From assembly GCF_006345805.1 (NCBI RefSeq), contig NC_043003.1:90954001-91018000 (forward strand): a DNA stretch of 64,000 nt, written 5' to 3'. Of this stretch, positions 1-12,035 are shown one piece after another. The stretch's first letter is position 1, and each line of letters opens with the position of its first letter. The translations under genes were made by a program, and so were the position numbers. Source of the DNA: Octopus sinensis (lineage: Eukaryota). The notes beneath the pieces were generated by a model, which had not been told where the DNA came from, did no database searches, and worked only from the letters and a program-made list of their open reading frames with translations.

Positions 1-500
1 TACCAAATCCACTCACAAGGCTTTGGTTGGCCCGAGGCTATAGTAGAAGACACTTACTCAAGGTGCTACACAGTGGGATTGAACCCAGAATCATGTGGTT
101 GGGAAGCAAGCTTCTTACCACACAGTTACTCCTGCACGTATGGCTGTGTGGTAAGAAGTTTGCTTCCTGACCACATAGGGGTACAGTCCCACTGCATGGC
201 ACTATGCACAAAGCTTTATGAGCAGGTTTGGTAGATCCCTCATAAGAAACCTTGCACGCATGCATATGTATGTGAGTGTGTGTGTGTGTGTGTGTGAGTG
301 TGTGTGTGTTTGTCCCCAACTACCACTTTTCAACTAGAGTTAGTTTGTTCATATCCCCATAACGTAACAATTCAACAAAAGACACGAATAGAATAAGTAT
401 GAGGCATAAAAGTACAGGGGCCAATTTGTTTAGCTAAGCCCTTCAATGTAATGCTCCAACATGGCTACAGTCCAATGACTGAAACAAGCAAAAGATGAAA
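1..500. mobile_element. Head-to-head pair of family A SINEs
   Basis: Minus-strand head at 1-135 abuts a plus-strand copy at about 138-500. Confidence 0.8.
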
Positions 501-569
501 TATATAGTAGGTCTGGTAATACAAACATGAAAAATAGAACTCAAAACATGAGTATATTCTTCTTTTATT

Positions 570-960
570 CTTCTTTTATTTGTTTCAGTCATTTGACTGC
601 AGCCATGCTGGAGCACCACCTTTAGTCAAACGAATCAACCCCAGGACTTATTCTTTGTAAGCCTAGTTCTTTTTCTATCAGTGTCTTTTGTCAAACTGCT
701 AACTTACAGTGACGTAAACACACCAACATCAGTTGTCAAGCGATAGTGGGGAGACAGAGACACACACACAAATATATGCAAGCATATATATATATACAAT
801 GGGCTTCTTTCAGTTTCCGTCTACCAAATCCACTCACAAGGTTTTGGTTGACCCAAAGCTATAGAAGAAGACACTTGCCCAGGGTGCCACGCAGTGGGTC
901 TGAACCTGGAACCATGTAGTTGGGAAGCAAGCTTCTTATCACACAGCCACACCTATGCCT
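570..960 (-). mobile_element. Full-length SINE, family A
   Basis: Reverse complement of the family A head and tail. Confidence 0.9.
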
Positions 961-1103
961 ATATATGTATATATATATTACAAATGTTTTCCTTTGTCTA
1001 AAGAATTTCTAACAGGAAATTCCTTACATGCCTATCTAACATTACAAATTTTTGTAATTCCTATTGGCACAAATGAAACATATGTAATGGAGAATAAATA
1101 ATA

Positions 1104-1143
<40 letters not shown>

Positions 1144-1145
1144 TA

Positions 1146-1273
1146 GGAATGGCTATGTGGTAAGAAGCTTGCTTCCCAGTCACATGGTCCCAGGTTCAGT
1201 CCCACTGAATAGCACCTTGGGCAACTGTCTTCTACTACAGTCTTTGTAGACAGAAACAAAAAGAAGTCCATCG

Positions 1274-1305
<32 letters not shown>

Positions 1306-1408
1306 TGTATGTATGTATGTATGTATGTATGTATGTATGTATGTATGTATGTATGTATGTATGTATGTATGTTGTATGTATGTATGTATGTATGTATGTA
1401 TGTATGTA

Positions 1409-1497
<89 letters not shown>

Positions 1498-1705
1498 TTG
1501 TGTGTTTGTGTTTGTTCCTCCACCATTGCTTGACAACCGATTTTGGAATGTTTACATCCTGTAACTTAATGGTTCAGCAAAAGAGACTGATAGAATAAGT
1601 ACTAGGCTTACATAGAATAAGTCCTGGAGTCGATTTGTTTGGCTAAAGGCGGTGCTCCAGCATGACACAGTCAAATGACTGAAACAAGTAAAAGAATAAA
1701 AGAAT
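1146..1705 (+). mobile_element. SINE, family A, with expanded internal (TATG)n(TG)n
   Basis: Head at 1146-1270, microsatellite at 1275-1495, tail to 1705. Confidence 0.88.
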
Positions 1706-2028
1706 ATATATATGTATGTGTGTGTGTGTCTGTGTGTGCATATATGTGTGTATATATATATATATATATGATTATTATTTGAGGGAATAAAATCCAAACT
1801 TACAAGGAAAAAAAATTCAATTTAGAAATACTAAATCAAATTTCACACAATATAATATATATATAAAATATTAGAAAAAAAAACACCTTTTATCAATTCA
1901 AAATGAACAATTAAATTATACCATCTAGAAAATTACATATAATAGAAAAGTTAAAATTAAAATAACAATAAAATGTCAATGATTAAGTAAATTGCAATAA
2001 CAATAATAATAAAGATGTATATAAATGG

Positions 2029-2084
<56 letters not shown>

Positions 2085-2299
2085 ATATATAAAGGGATCT
2101 ACGTATTACATTTAATTTAATTAAAGAATTAATTTCGTCAGACAATATATTATTTAAATATTAGGTGGCTTATTTATTTGTAATATTAAATTTTAAGTTA
2201 ATTAGCTATTATATTATTTGATACTACACAATTATATTTATTATAAGGAGTTTGTCTATATTTGAACCATTTCTTATTTTGATTACAATTTAATATCAT

Positions 2300-2840
2300 C
2301 ATCTGGAAAAGACTTTCTAACTACAAAGGGTATGGCCTGGTCAGCCTGTAATGACATGCATAAGATCTGGTCATCAAATCTAAGTAGAGACTTCAAACTT
2401 GAAATCTTCAAAGCCACAGTCGAACCAATTCTACTATATGGCTGAGAAACCTGGACGTTATCAAAGAAGCTTGAGAGGCGGTTGGATGGAACCTACACTC
2501 GCCTCCTTATGAGAGCTCAAAATATCTCGTGGAAGCGCCATCCAACCAGAATGCAAATATATGGGAAACTACCACCTGTATCATCTCTCGTTAAAGGCAT
2601 GAGAGTCCAGTTTGATGGACATTGTTGTAGAGCTGAAAACGAGGCAATTTCTACTCTTCTCCTCTGGAAGCCATCTACTCGCAATACCAGAGGGCGCACA
2701 CTCTCCTACCCTGATGTAATCTCCAAGGATACAGGCATCCAGCAACAGGACCTCCGTAATGCCATGATGGACCGTGAAGTCTGGCGTAGCATGGTAAATT
2801 CCATTGTCTCGACCACGGTCGAACAATGATGATGATGATG
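2300..2840 (+). mobile_element. 5'-truncated RTE-group non-LTR retrotransposon 3' end
   Basis: Peptide FKATVEPILLYG*ETWTL...LDGTYTRLL...GHCCR...RGRTLSYPD followed by a (TGA)n tail. Confidence 0.8.
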
Positions 2841-2997
2841 ACTTGTACTAGCTTTGTGTATTTTATTTAATCTTAAAGTATTTAATAATTTAAGTATTGT
2901 TTTAGCTTTCACTTATGTATATTTAGTATTTTCATATATATATATATTATATATATTATATATATATATATATATTATATATATATATATTATATAT

Positions 2998-3041
<44 letters not shown>

Positions 3042-3099
3042 TATATATATATATAAAGTATCTTTATTAATTAATTATTTTATTGTTCTAGTTTATTTT

Positions 3100-3188
3100 T
3101 AACCTGATGAGTGACTATATTTATATCGAAGTGATTTCTTTACTACTATAATCATTTCTTACACATAGCCACGAAACACGTGTCGTTA
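3100..3188 (+). ncRNA. Minimal type I hammerhead ribozyme (Penelope-like element type)
   Basis: Stem I TAAC/GTTA. Core CTGATGA 3104-3110. Stem II GTGACTAT/ATAGCCAC with one mismatch and a long loop. GAAA 3173-3176. Palindromic stem III ACACGTGT. Cleavage triplet GTC 3182-3184. Confidence 0.8.
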
Positions 3189-3447
3189 TTCTACCATTTA
3201 TATACGTTTTTATTATTATTTTTTTGCAATTTACTTAATCATTGACATTTTATTGTTATTTTAATTTTAATATTTCTCTTATATGTAATTTTCTAGATGG
3301 TATAATTTAATTGTTCATTTTGAATTGATAAAAGGTGGCTTTTTTCTAATTTATATATATATATATATACACATACATACATACATACACACACATATAT
3401 ATATACACACATTATATATATATATATATCTATATATATATATATAG

Positions 3448-3479
<32 letters not shown>

Positions 3480-3601
3480 TATATATAATATATATATATA
3501 TACATACATATATGTGTGTGTGTGTATATATATATCCTTATGCTGCAGAATGCAGTATTAATTAAGTACAGAACAGTAATAAGAAAATGAGACAACAAAG
3601 G

Positions 3602-3804
3602 AATAAACGATTATCTCATGAACTTCAACAGCTTACAGTTGTTTCTGCTGTAAGATGCAGAGGACTCATAGTTGAATGCCTGAGTAACACCCTGAGGCTC
3701 AGATGAAGCTGTAAGGTGTTACTCAGGCACACAGTTATGAGTCCACTTCATCTTATAGCAGAACCAGCACTAAGTGAATGAAGTTCATAAGATAATCGTT
3801 TATT
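3602..3804. repeat. Fold-back palindrome with a decayed hammerhead-like core (Penelope-like)
   Basis: Arms aataaacgattatctcatgaacttca / tgaagttcataagataatcgtttatt and tgcctgagtaacacc / ggtgttactcaggca. Contains CAGATGAAGCTGTAAG, and GCAGAAACAACTGTAAG on the opposite strand. Confidence 0.7.
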
Positions 3805-3829
3805 GTCATCTCATATTCTTATACACACA

Positions 3830-3860
<31 letters not shown>

Positions 3861-4069
3861 CACACCACACACACACACACACACATGCACACACGCACAC
3901 TCACATGCACACACACATGTATTTGATTGGTAGGAGTTACAAAGTGACTCAAGACTTTTGTTCATATCACTTGTCAAATATGATGATGAGACTGATAAGT
4001 GCCCTGCATGAAACTCTTGACCCTCAAATTGTAAACTTTTTCAATTATATATATATATAGATATATATG

Positions 4070-4135
<66 letters not shown>

Positions 4136-4542
4136 TGTGTGTGTGTGTGCTTATCTGTTCATCTATATCGATGTGTATGTCTATGTTTGTGCTTATGTTT
4201 AGCTCAGTCAAAAAGCTAGTGTTATTTATGCTAAGTCCCTTTATATCCCATAATTTAATGGTTTAAGAAATAGCAATTAGTGAAATAATTACCAGGCAGA
4301 AAATAAATTAAGTACTGGGGTCAGATGATCAACAAAATGCATAAAGGGATGGTGCCCAGCATAATCACTATCTAATATGTGAAACCATAAAAAGATAGAA
4401 TTTCATTTGAATACTGCTTTTGATGATGTTAATACCTTAAGTAAAAGAATCAATGACTGAAGATATTTAATACATATTTAAAACAGAATACCACTGGCAG
4501 TGCAAGAATGTAGGGTTAAAATGCAAATGTTAGTATACATAC

Positions 4543-4736
4543 TGTCAACCTCAGCTTTGTTAAGCGCATCTTCCAGCCGACCAAATGTTGTAGAATGTTG
4601 TTCATGCGGAGCAAACTCATTTGTAGTAGAATCACTACATGCATTCGTTTCATCACCTGGAGGACTTGGTGCTGCAACAGGTCGGTAACCACCAGCAACC
4701 AGCTGAGAACCAACAGGATAGTTAGTCACATCCATC
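4543..4736 (-). CDS. PDLIM/Zasp-like gene, downstream linker exon (ALP-motif-like)
   Basis: Long polypyrimidine acceptor TTTTGTTTTGTTCTTTTAAG and probable donor GTATGT. 194 nt, phase 2 to 1, in frame with the ZM exon. Translates MDVTNYPVGSQLVAGGYRPVAAPSPPGDETNACSDSTTNEFAPHEQHSTTFGRLEDALNKAEVD. GYRPVAAP and HSTTFGRLEDAL resemble the GFRSVKAP and QS-SF--LQ--L motifs of ALP-subfamily proteins. Read-through to the stop at 4478 is an alternative end. Confidence 0.8.
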
Positions 4737-5311
4737 CTTAAAAGAACAAAACAAAAATAAAGAAAATAAGACAAGAGGCTTAATAATGTGTGTGTGTGTT
4801 AATTACATTTTAATTACATTGCAGGAATTATATAAAACACCATATAGGAAATAATTCACCAAGTTTGTGAAAGTGTAGTACTGTAAAACAAGTCTAAATG
4901 TGTTTTTAAACATCTCTGTGAAGCATGAGGTCATAATGACATTTTAATCTTGTCAGGGGCAAGGCTACATCTTTAGTGCTGTTGCCATATAAAAAGCATT
5001 GTGTACATTCTGAAAAGTGGTTGCTGTTAAGGAGGGTATCCAACCCTAGAAACCAAGCTAAAGGTGAAATGTGGGTGAGAAAGTTTTCCCCATGAACAGC
5101 ACCCTTTCAATATGTGATGATTCTGACCAGTCTAACTGGTCCAACCCATGCCAATGTGAAAAGCACATGTAAAATGACAATGATATTGATGACAATGATG
5201 ATGAAAATGATGATAATGATTATAACAATGATGATGATGACAATGATGACAACGATGACAATGATGACAATGATGATGAAGAGGAAGAGGATCGATAAGC
5301 TGCATACATAC

Positions 5312-5433
5312 TGGACAGTTTAGCAAATATTTGCAGACGAATAGGAGTAGCTGAATTGGTGGGGACTGGACGAACAAGTGAGAAGTTGACCGTAATATTC
5401 TGTCCATAGCCAAAGCAATTTCCATTGTTAAGA
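5312..5433 (-). CDS. Candidate alternative exon of the PDLIM/Zasp-like gene
   Basis: Acceptor TATTTTTTAGTCAG and donor GTATGT. Open frame (N)LNNGNCFGYGQNITVNFSLVRPVPTNSATPIRLQIFAKLS, phase 2 to 1. Unique sequence between repeats. No homology recognised. Confidence 0.35.
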
Positions 5434-5954
5434 CTGACTAAAAAATAGCAACATGGGAGCCACACTAAGGTTGTTTACTCAGCTAGAAATAGCAACCACA
5501 TTTCTCAAAAATCACACTTAACAGTCTCAAAAAAAAGATGATAATGAAGACTAGTTGATAATGTAAACTTAAATAGCTGTTATCTAAAGAAAATAGAAAA
5601 ACAAGATGATCATGATCAGAACGCTATTGATCACAGATCTGCTCAGTTAAGGTTGACCGGGGATCAAATAATACCACCACCACCATCAACAATAACAACA
5701 ACACTATATATCTGTATACAACATGACAGTATACTTCACCATACACAACAGCAGCAGTAGTAGTAGCAATACTGAGAAATTGGTGTTTTGTTAATTAGTT
5801 GTCATCATCATCAACTTCCATGTTCCATACTTGCATAGGTTTGTCAGTTTGATAAAATCCAATGGGCCCAAGCTCTGCATTGTGGTCCAGTGTCTGCACT
5901 GATATGGTTCCTACAGCTGGATGCCCTTTGCAATGCTGATATATATATATATAT

Positions 5955-8130
5955 ATCATCATCATCACCATTTAGTGTCTGTTGTCTATGCTGGCATGTG
6001 TTGGACAGTTTGACAAGTGTTGGCAAGCTGGAAGGCTGCACTATGCTCCAGTCTGACTTGGCATGATTTCTACAGCTAGATGCTCTTCTTAATGCCAACC
6101 ACTCTGAGAGTGTATGGATGCTTTTACATTCCACCAGCATGGATGCCATTTGTGTGACACCAGTATCTGCAATGGCTGCAATTTTACTTGGCTTGATGGG
6201 TCTTCTTTTCGAGCATGACACAAAGCCAAAAGTCTTGGTTATTGCCTCTGTGAGGCCTAACACTCGAAAAGAACTCAGCCACTTCCCTTCTATGAGGCCC
6301 AATGCTCAAAAGGTACTTTTCATGTGCCAGCTTAATCTTATTCTCACAGCTATGCTCTTGGAGCAGCCACCTCTGCTACTAACTTGGTCACCTAGATAAC
6401 AGAAGCTATCAACTACCTCTCGCTAACCCCACTGGAAATTGATGGAGTCTATTTTCTGTACATTTTCGGTGTTTATTGTACCTGTGCATCTTCACACACA
6501 AAAGCTATTTTCCCTGTTAACCTTCCTCTGATATTGCTGCACCTCTTGTGTGTCCAAAGCTTACACCAAGTACATCTTATGGAGTTTCTACCTAGGTCTT
6601 TTCTACAGATCAGGTAGGTTCATCTATCTGACATGATTTGTGATTTGGCTGCCTTCCTACTTACTAAGACTTTGGTTTTTGCTAGGTTAACTCTAAGGCC
6701 CTTCGATTCTAGACCTTGCTTCCATACCTGGAACTTCTCTAGTTCTGGTAGTGATTCAGTTATAAGAACAAGGTCATCAGCATAAAGGAGCTCCCAGGGG
6801 AAGCCTGTCTTAAATTCCTTTGTTATCACCTGAAAGACTATGATGAACAAAAGGGGGCTGAGGACCGATTCTTGATGAACCCCTACTTGTACCCTGAATT
6901 CTTTGTTGTACTCGTTGCCAACCCTCACTTTATTGGTAGCGTCTCTATACATGGCTTGTACAGCTCTAACCAACCACTTGTCTATCCCTAGTTTCCATAC
7001 TGACCATCAGATAAGGGATTTGGAGACCCTGTCAAAGGCTTTCTCCAAGTCAACAAAAGCCAAGTACAGAGGTTTAACTTTGGCTATGTATTTCTTCTGC
7101 AGCAGCCTTACCAGAAATATAGCACCAGCGGTGCTTCTCCCTGGCACAAAACCTAACTGCATCTCATCTAGACTTACTCCCTCCCTAATTAGTTGGGCTA
7201 TGACCCTCTCCATAACTTTCATCACCTGATCCAGTAATTTGATACCTCTGTAATTATTTCTATCTAAGGCATCACCTTTACCTTTGTAGCAGTTGACTAT
7301 GGTGCTGCTACACCAGTCATTGAGTGTGACTCCTTCATGAACCACCTGATTTACAATATGGGTTACTAGATCATTACCGACGCCGCCAGATATTTTAAGC
7401 ATCTCAGCAGTGAAACCTGATGGGCCAGGGGCTTTCCCTTGTCTTCATATCCTTAACTGCTTAATCTACCAAGCTACTGTGAATTCAGGTAGCTCAATTG
7501 TTTACCTCAATTGGGTCAACCTTTGGCAGACTCTCCTCCTCCCACTCATTCTCTATATTCAGCAGTCTTTCATAATGGCAATTCCAAGCCTCTTTCTTTG
7601 CAGAACCATTACATGCAAGTGCACCATCATCCATGCAGACACATTTCTCTCCTATGACATCACAATTTTCTTTCACACATTGCCCTGCAATCCAAAACAC
7701 TTCAGTTCTTTGGTCCTCATGTCGCTGGAGATAGGCAAACTTCTTCTTTTCTGCTTCTCCCTTGGCTAGATATATCTGTCCCTTTCTGGCTATCTGATAC
7801 AGTTCCCTGCTACCCCCACTTTTCCAGGCCGGTTTCTTTGCTCTAATGGCCTTGTTTACAGCATTGTTCCACCACTACATCACCCTAGATCTGAATGGGG
7901 CTTTGCACCAGCTGCAGATTTGGTCTGTGCACTTAGCAAGCTGTCCCGCAGGAATTCCCAGTTGCTCTCCTCCCTCTCATCAAATTTCTCAAATCTTTGA
8001 CAATATGAAGGGTCCTTAAGCTTCCAAATCCTTCTTTTCCAGATTGGTCTGCTTCTTGGCATCCTTCTGACCTGGAGTCTAAGTCACTAATGACAAGTCT
8101 ATGCTCCCCCACTACACCCACTTATGATCA
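5955..8130 (-). mobile_element. Degenerate RTE-clade LINE (reverse transcriptase plus 3' UTR)
   Basis: Minus-strand peptides NYRGIKLL, LYLAFVDLEKAFDRV, GVHQESVLSPLLF, ELLYADDL with frameshifts. The family 3' end lies near 5955-6130. Confidence 0.92.
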
Positions 8131-11100
8131 GAGATACACATATTGTCATCCACTAAGGGACATGCTCAAGTGGTTACAGTCAAACAGCTGACAAGCAAAT
8201 CTGTGGTATTGAGCAGGATATTTGCTATAACACTATTTCTGCTTCAGTAACTCAGCACTGAATCTGTTTGAAATGTAATAGAAAATAGGGCAGTTTCAAA
8301 ACATTGACGTTCAGGTCACAAAAGCAAAGTTTGAAGGGGATAGTAGTCATTTCCTTTGATTTCTAGATAAAAGCAAAATAGGAAAAAACACTTAGTGACC
8401 AAAGACAAAAAAAATTAATATTTTGTTACACAGTATTATTATATCCTCATTATTATCATTGTCATCATTTTCATGTCCACTTTTTCATGCTTGCATGGGT
8501 CAGACAAAATTTATTGAGGCAGCTTTTCTATGGTTGATGCGTGTCTTGTCATCTGTTTTAGAGCAGGGTTAACATGTCCCCATGGCCAAACACATCTCAC
8601 TGAATATTGGAAATAAATGACTCTGCTTGCATGACAGTGACGATCATTTTACAACTACCACATGATGTCAAGACAAGGAGGGAGGGAGACACACACACAT
8701 TTTGTGGTATTTGCCTGGATTTATTTAACCCCCTTTTCCTTCATACACACACACACACACACATACACTCATATATGGATAGACAGACAGACAGACAGAT
8801 AGATATATGTTACTGCTTCTTTCAGTTTGTGTCCACAAAATCCACTCACAAGGCTTTGGTATATCCAGAGCTAGCATAGAAAACACTGTGAGACTGAAAC
8901 CAAACTATGTAAGTGCAAAGAAAATGTCTTAACCATAAACTGATGTCAGCACCAATCACAGCTATGCCTGCACCTATATTAGTATAAGTAAAGTAATTTT
9001 AAACATCTGTTTATAAGGTAAAATTACAGGAGGATTTGTGCTTATAAATAGTGCAGAAAATTTGACATGAATAAAATAAAACTAAAGTCTTTAAGTAAAA
9101 ATCATATGTTTACCATGAAAGTAAATCAAAATGAATCACTACTAAAGTGTGCATATACCTGTAATATATGGAGGTATAAGTCAGCTTGGCAGTAAGTAAT
9201 GATCAGATGCACAACATAAAGAGAATATAGAAGTTTTGTGTTAAGAGTGAACTGAACACAACAGTATAAAGTAAATTTTAACTTTGCTTCATAAAAAATA
9301 TTTTGTGTGTTTTTATAATGCTGTATTATGAGTAGAAAATGTGACAATGGTAGAAATAACTAAGAAGAATATTAATATCATATGTGATACACACACACAC
9401 ACACACAGGTATATACCATCATCATTATTGCTTTACTGTCCATTTTCCATGTTTGCATGGATCAGATGGAGTCTTGTTGAGGTAGATTTTCTACAGCTGG
9501 ATGCTCTTCCTGCCATCAAACCCCAACTGTTTTCAGGTATGGTAATATTTCCCCATAACGAAACTCATTTTCACAGAGGATTGGGAATGAAGGGCACCAC
9601 TTGCATGATGGAGTCATTTGTTTACAACCACCATGCAGTATCAAGGCAAGGAGACAGTAACACAAATATACATACACACACACATGACAAGCTTCTTTCA
9701 GTTTCTGTCAGCCAAATCCACTTATAAGGCTTTGCTTGGCCCAGGACTTTAGCAGAAGGTACTTGCCCAAGGTGTCATGCAGTGGGATTGAACCAAGAAT
9801 GATGTGGTTGGTATGCAAACTTCTTATCAAATGTACACCCACATATAAATATATACAAGGAGAGGAAGAGAGGGAGAGGAAGAGAGAGAGAGAGAGAATG
9901 AGAGAGATGTAGGCATGGCTGTGTGGTTAAGCAGTTTCCCTCCAGCCTTGTAGTTTCAGGTTCGGTTCCACTGCTTGGCACCTTGGACAAGTGTCTTCTA
10001 ATATAGACCCATGCTATAGTAGAAGACACTTGCCAAAGGTATCTCTTGCCCAGGATGTATCAAAACTTTGTGAGCAGATTTGGTAGATGTAAACTCAAAG
10101 AAACCTATCATATGTGTGAGTGTGTGTGTAAGTAAATAAGTATGCGTGTGTTTGCGCCTCTTTGTCTTGACATCATGTGACAGTTGTAAACAAATGTCAC
10201 CATCATAGAAACAGTGTCATGAAAACATGTCTGGCCATGAGGAAATAATACCTTACTTCAATATGAGAGGGTTGACAACAAAAAGGGTACCTGGCTGTAG
10301 AAAATCTGCCAAAATGAATTCCATCTGCACTATGCATGCATGAAAAGGTAGGCATTAAAATTATGATGGTGATGTACACACACACGCACATATACACGCG
10401 TGCGTGCATGCATACACACACACAAACACATATGCACATGCATGTGTGCACACACATAAACACACATGTGCAAGCATGTGATTGCAGCCCTGTCATACAC
10501 ATATATCATTAACATTTTAACATCCACTTATCCATACTTGCGTGGGTTGGCTGAAATTTGTTGAGGGAGGTTTTCTGTGGCTGAATACCCTTATTGTCAC
10601 CAACCCTCACCCTGTTTCCAAGCAAATATTTTTTTCCCATGGCTTGGCATGTTCCTACTAAAGATTGGAAACAAACCACACCACCTGTGTGATTGTGACA
10701 CTCATTTACGACTAACATATGATGTGAAGACAAGAAAGCTCACACCTGTGTGCACATGCATGCATGCACAACACACACACACATATGCAATAAATACATA
10801 CAATCATCATCATCATCGTTTAAAGTCCATTTTCCATGTTAGCATGTGTTGCACAGTTCGACAGAAGCCAACAAGGCAGAGGACAGCGCCAAACTCCAAT
10901 GTCTGCTTTTGTGTGGTTTCTACAGCTGGTTGCACTTCCTAATGCCAACCACTTCACATAGTGTCCACACAACATTTTACATGGCACCTGCTCTAGTGAG
11001 GTCACCAAGTAACTTGCAAGGCAAGACCCCTCAACAGAAGCAGGTGTAGTATTGAGAGGGAGGTGGCTTTATGCCACGTAATGAGAGGTTAAAGTAAGTT

Positions 11101-11249
11101 AGAGGAACAGAAACAAATGTCATGCAGTAGAGGAGATGCATGGCTACCTCAGTTAGAAAAGGAGAGAAAATGGTAAAGCAGTATTAGGGTTGAACATAAG
11201 CAAAATGGTCCAGAGGACTGGACACGGTGAATGGGTAAGTAGATTACAA

Positions 11250-11452
11250 GTAAGTTCACTGCTATCAGTTCATTGCAGGAGAGTTCACTGCCATTAATTC
11301 ACTGTGAAGAAAGTTCACCACAAGGAAAGTTTACCAAAAAAATATGTCCATAGCATCTCACCTTTAATAGTTAAAAACTATTTTATTGATAAAAAACAGT
11401 GAATTGATGAGAGTGAACCTTCCTTGCAGTGAATTGATGGCAGTGAGCTTAC
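11250..11452. mobile_element. MITE-like element with subterminal TTCACTG repeats
   Basis: Ends GTAAGTTCACTGC / GCAGTGAGCTTAC, with repeated gttcactg motifs on the left and cagtgaa motifs on the right. Confidence 0.6.
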
Positions 11453-11835
11453 CAGACATGACCCTCAAGTTACAGGAAGGTGAACATAAGTGAAATGGCC
11501 CAGAGGACTGGACAGGGTGCATTGGTAGGTAAGACTGCAAGAGTGTGAAAAGTGAATAGTGGCTAGATAGAAATGAAGAGAGAGATGGTCATCATTGACG
11601 ATGGACAAATGAATGTACAAACATATGTATATCTGTATGAGACAAGCTTCTTTCAGTTTCCATCCACCAAATCCAATTACAAGGTTTTGATTGGCCCAAG
11701 TTTGTAACAGAAGACACTTGCCCAGTGGGACTAAATGCAAAACGATGTGGTTTTGGGAAGCAAAAGTTTTAACCACACATCCTTACCTATGCCAACATAC
11801 AATAAGTAACTGCATAAATGAAATAATTATCTTAC

Positions 11836-12035
11836 TTGTTCAAGTTTTCTGCAAGTTTTGAAGTCTGATCAGAATAAGTTTCAGCTAGATTGTCAGCAGA
11901 ATACAAGGAAATGGGTGAGTTGAATTGGGCATGAACTACATTGGGTACTGGCTGGATATTTCTTGGTGAAAATGCTCCAGGGTTGTTAAAAGGTCTAGCG
12001 GAACGATTGTGGCTGCTACCAATAGTACAGGGTTC
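11836..12035 (-). CDS. PDLIM/Zasp-like gene, exon containing the ZASP-like motif (ZM)
   Basis: Acceptor TTTCTACAG and donor GTAAG. 200 nt, phase 0 to 2. Translates EPCTIGSSHNRSARPFNNPGAFSPRNIQPVPNVVHAQFNSPISLYSADNLAETYSDQTSKLAENLN(K). HNRSARPF and VVHAQFNSPISLYS match ALP/Enigma and ZM motifs. This frame is absent from the supplied ORF track. Confidence 0.93.

Larger units (their letters stand above)
1870..3352. repeat. About 160-bp inverted repeat pair (1870-2030 and 3192-3352) enclosing a LINE fragment, (TA)n tracts and the hammerhead
   Basis: ccttttatcaattcaaaatgaacaattaaattataccatctagaaaattacatat is the reverse complement of atatgtaattttctagatggtataatttaattgttcattttgaattgataaaagg. Confidence 0.85.
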
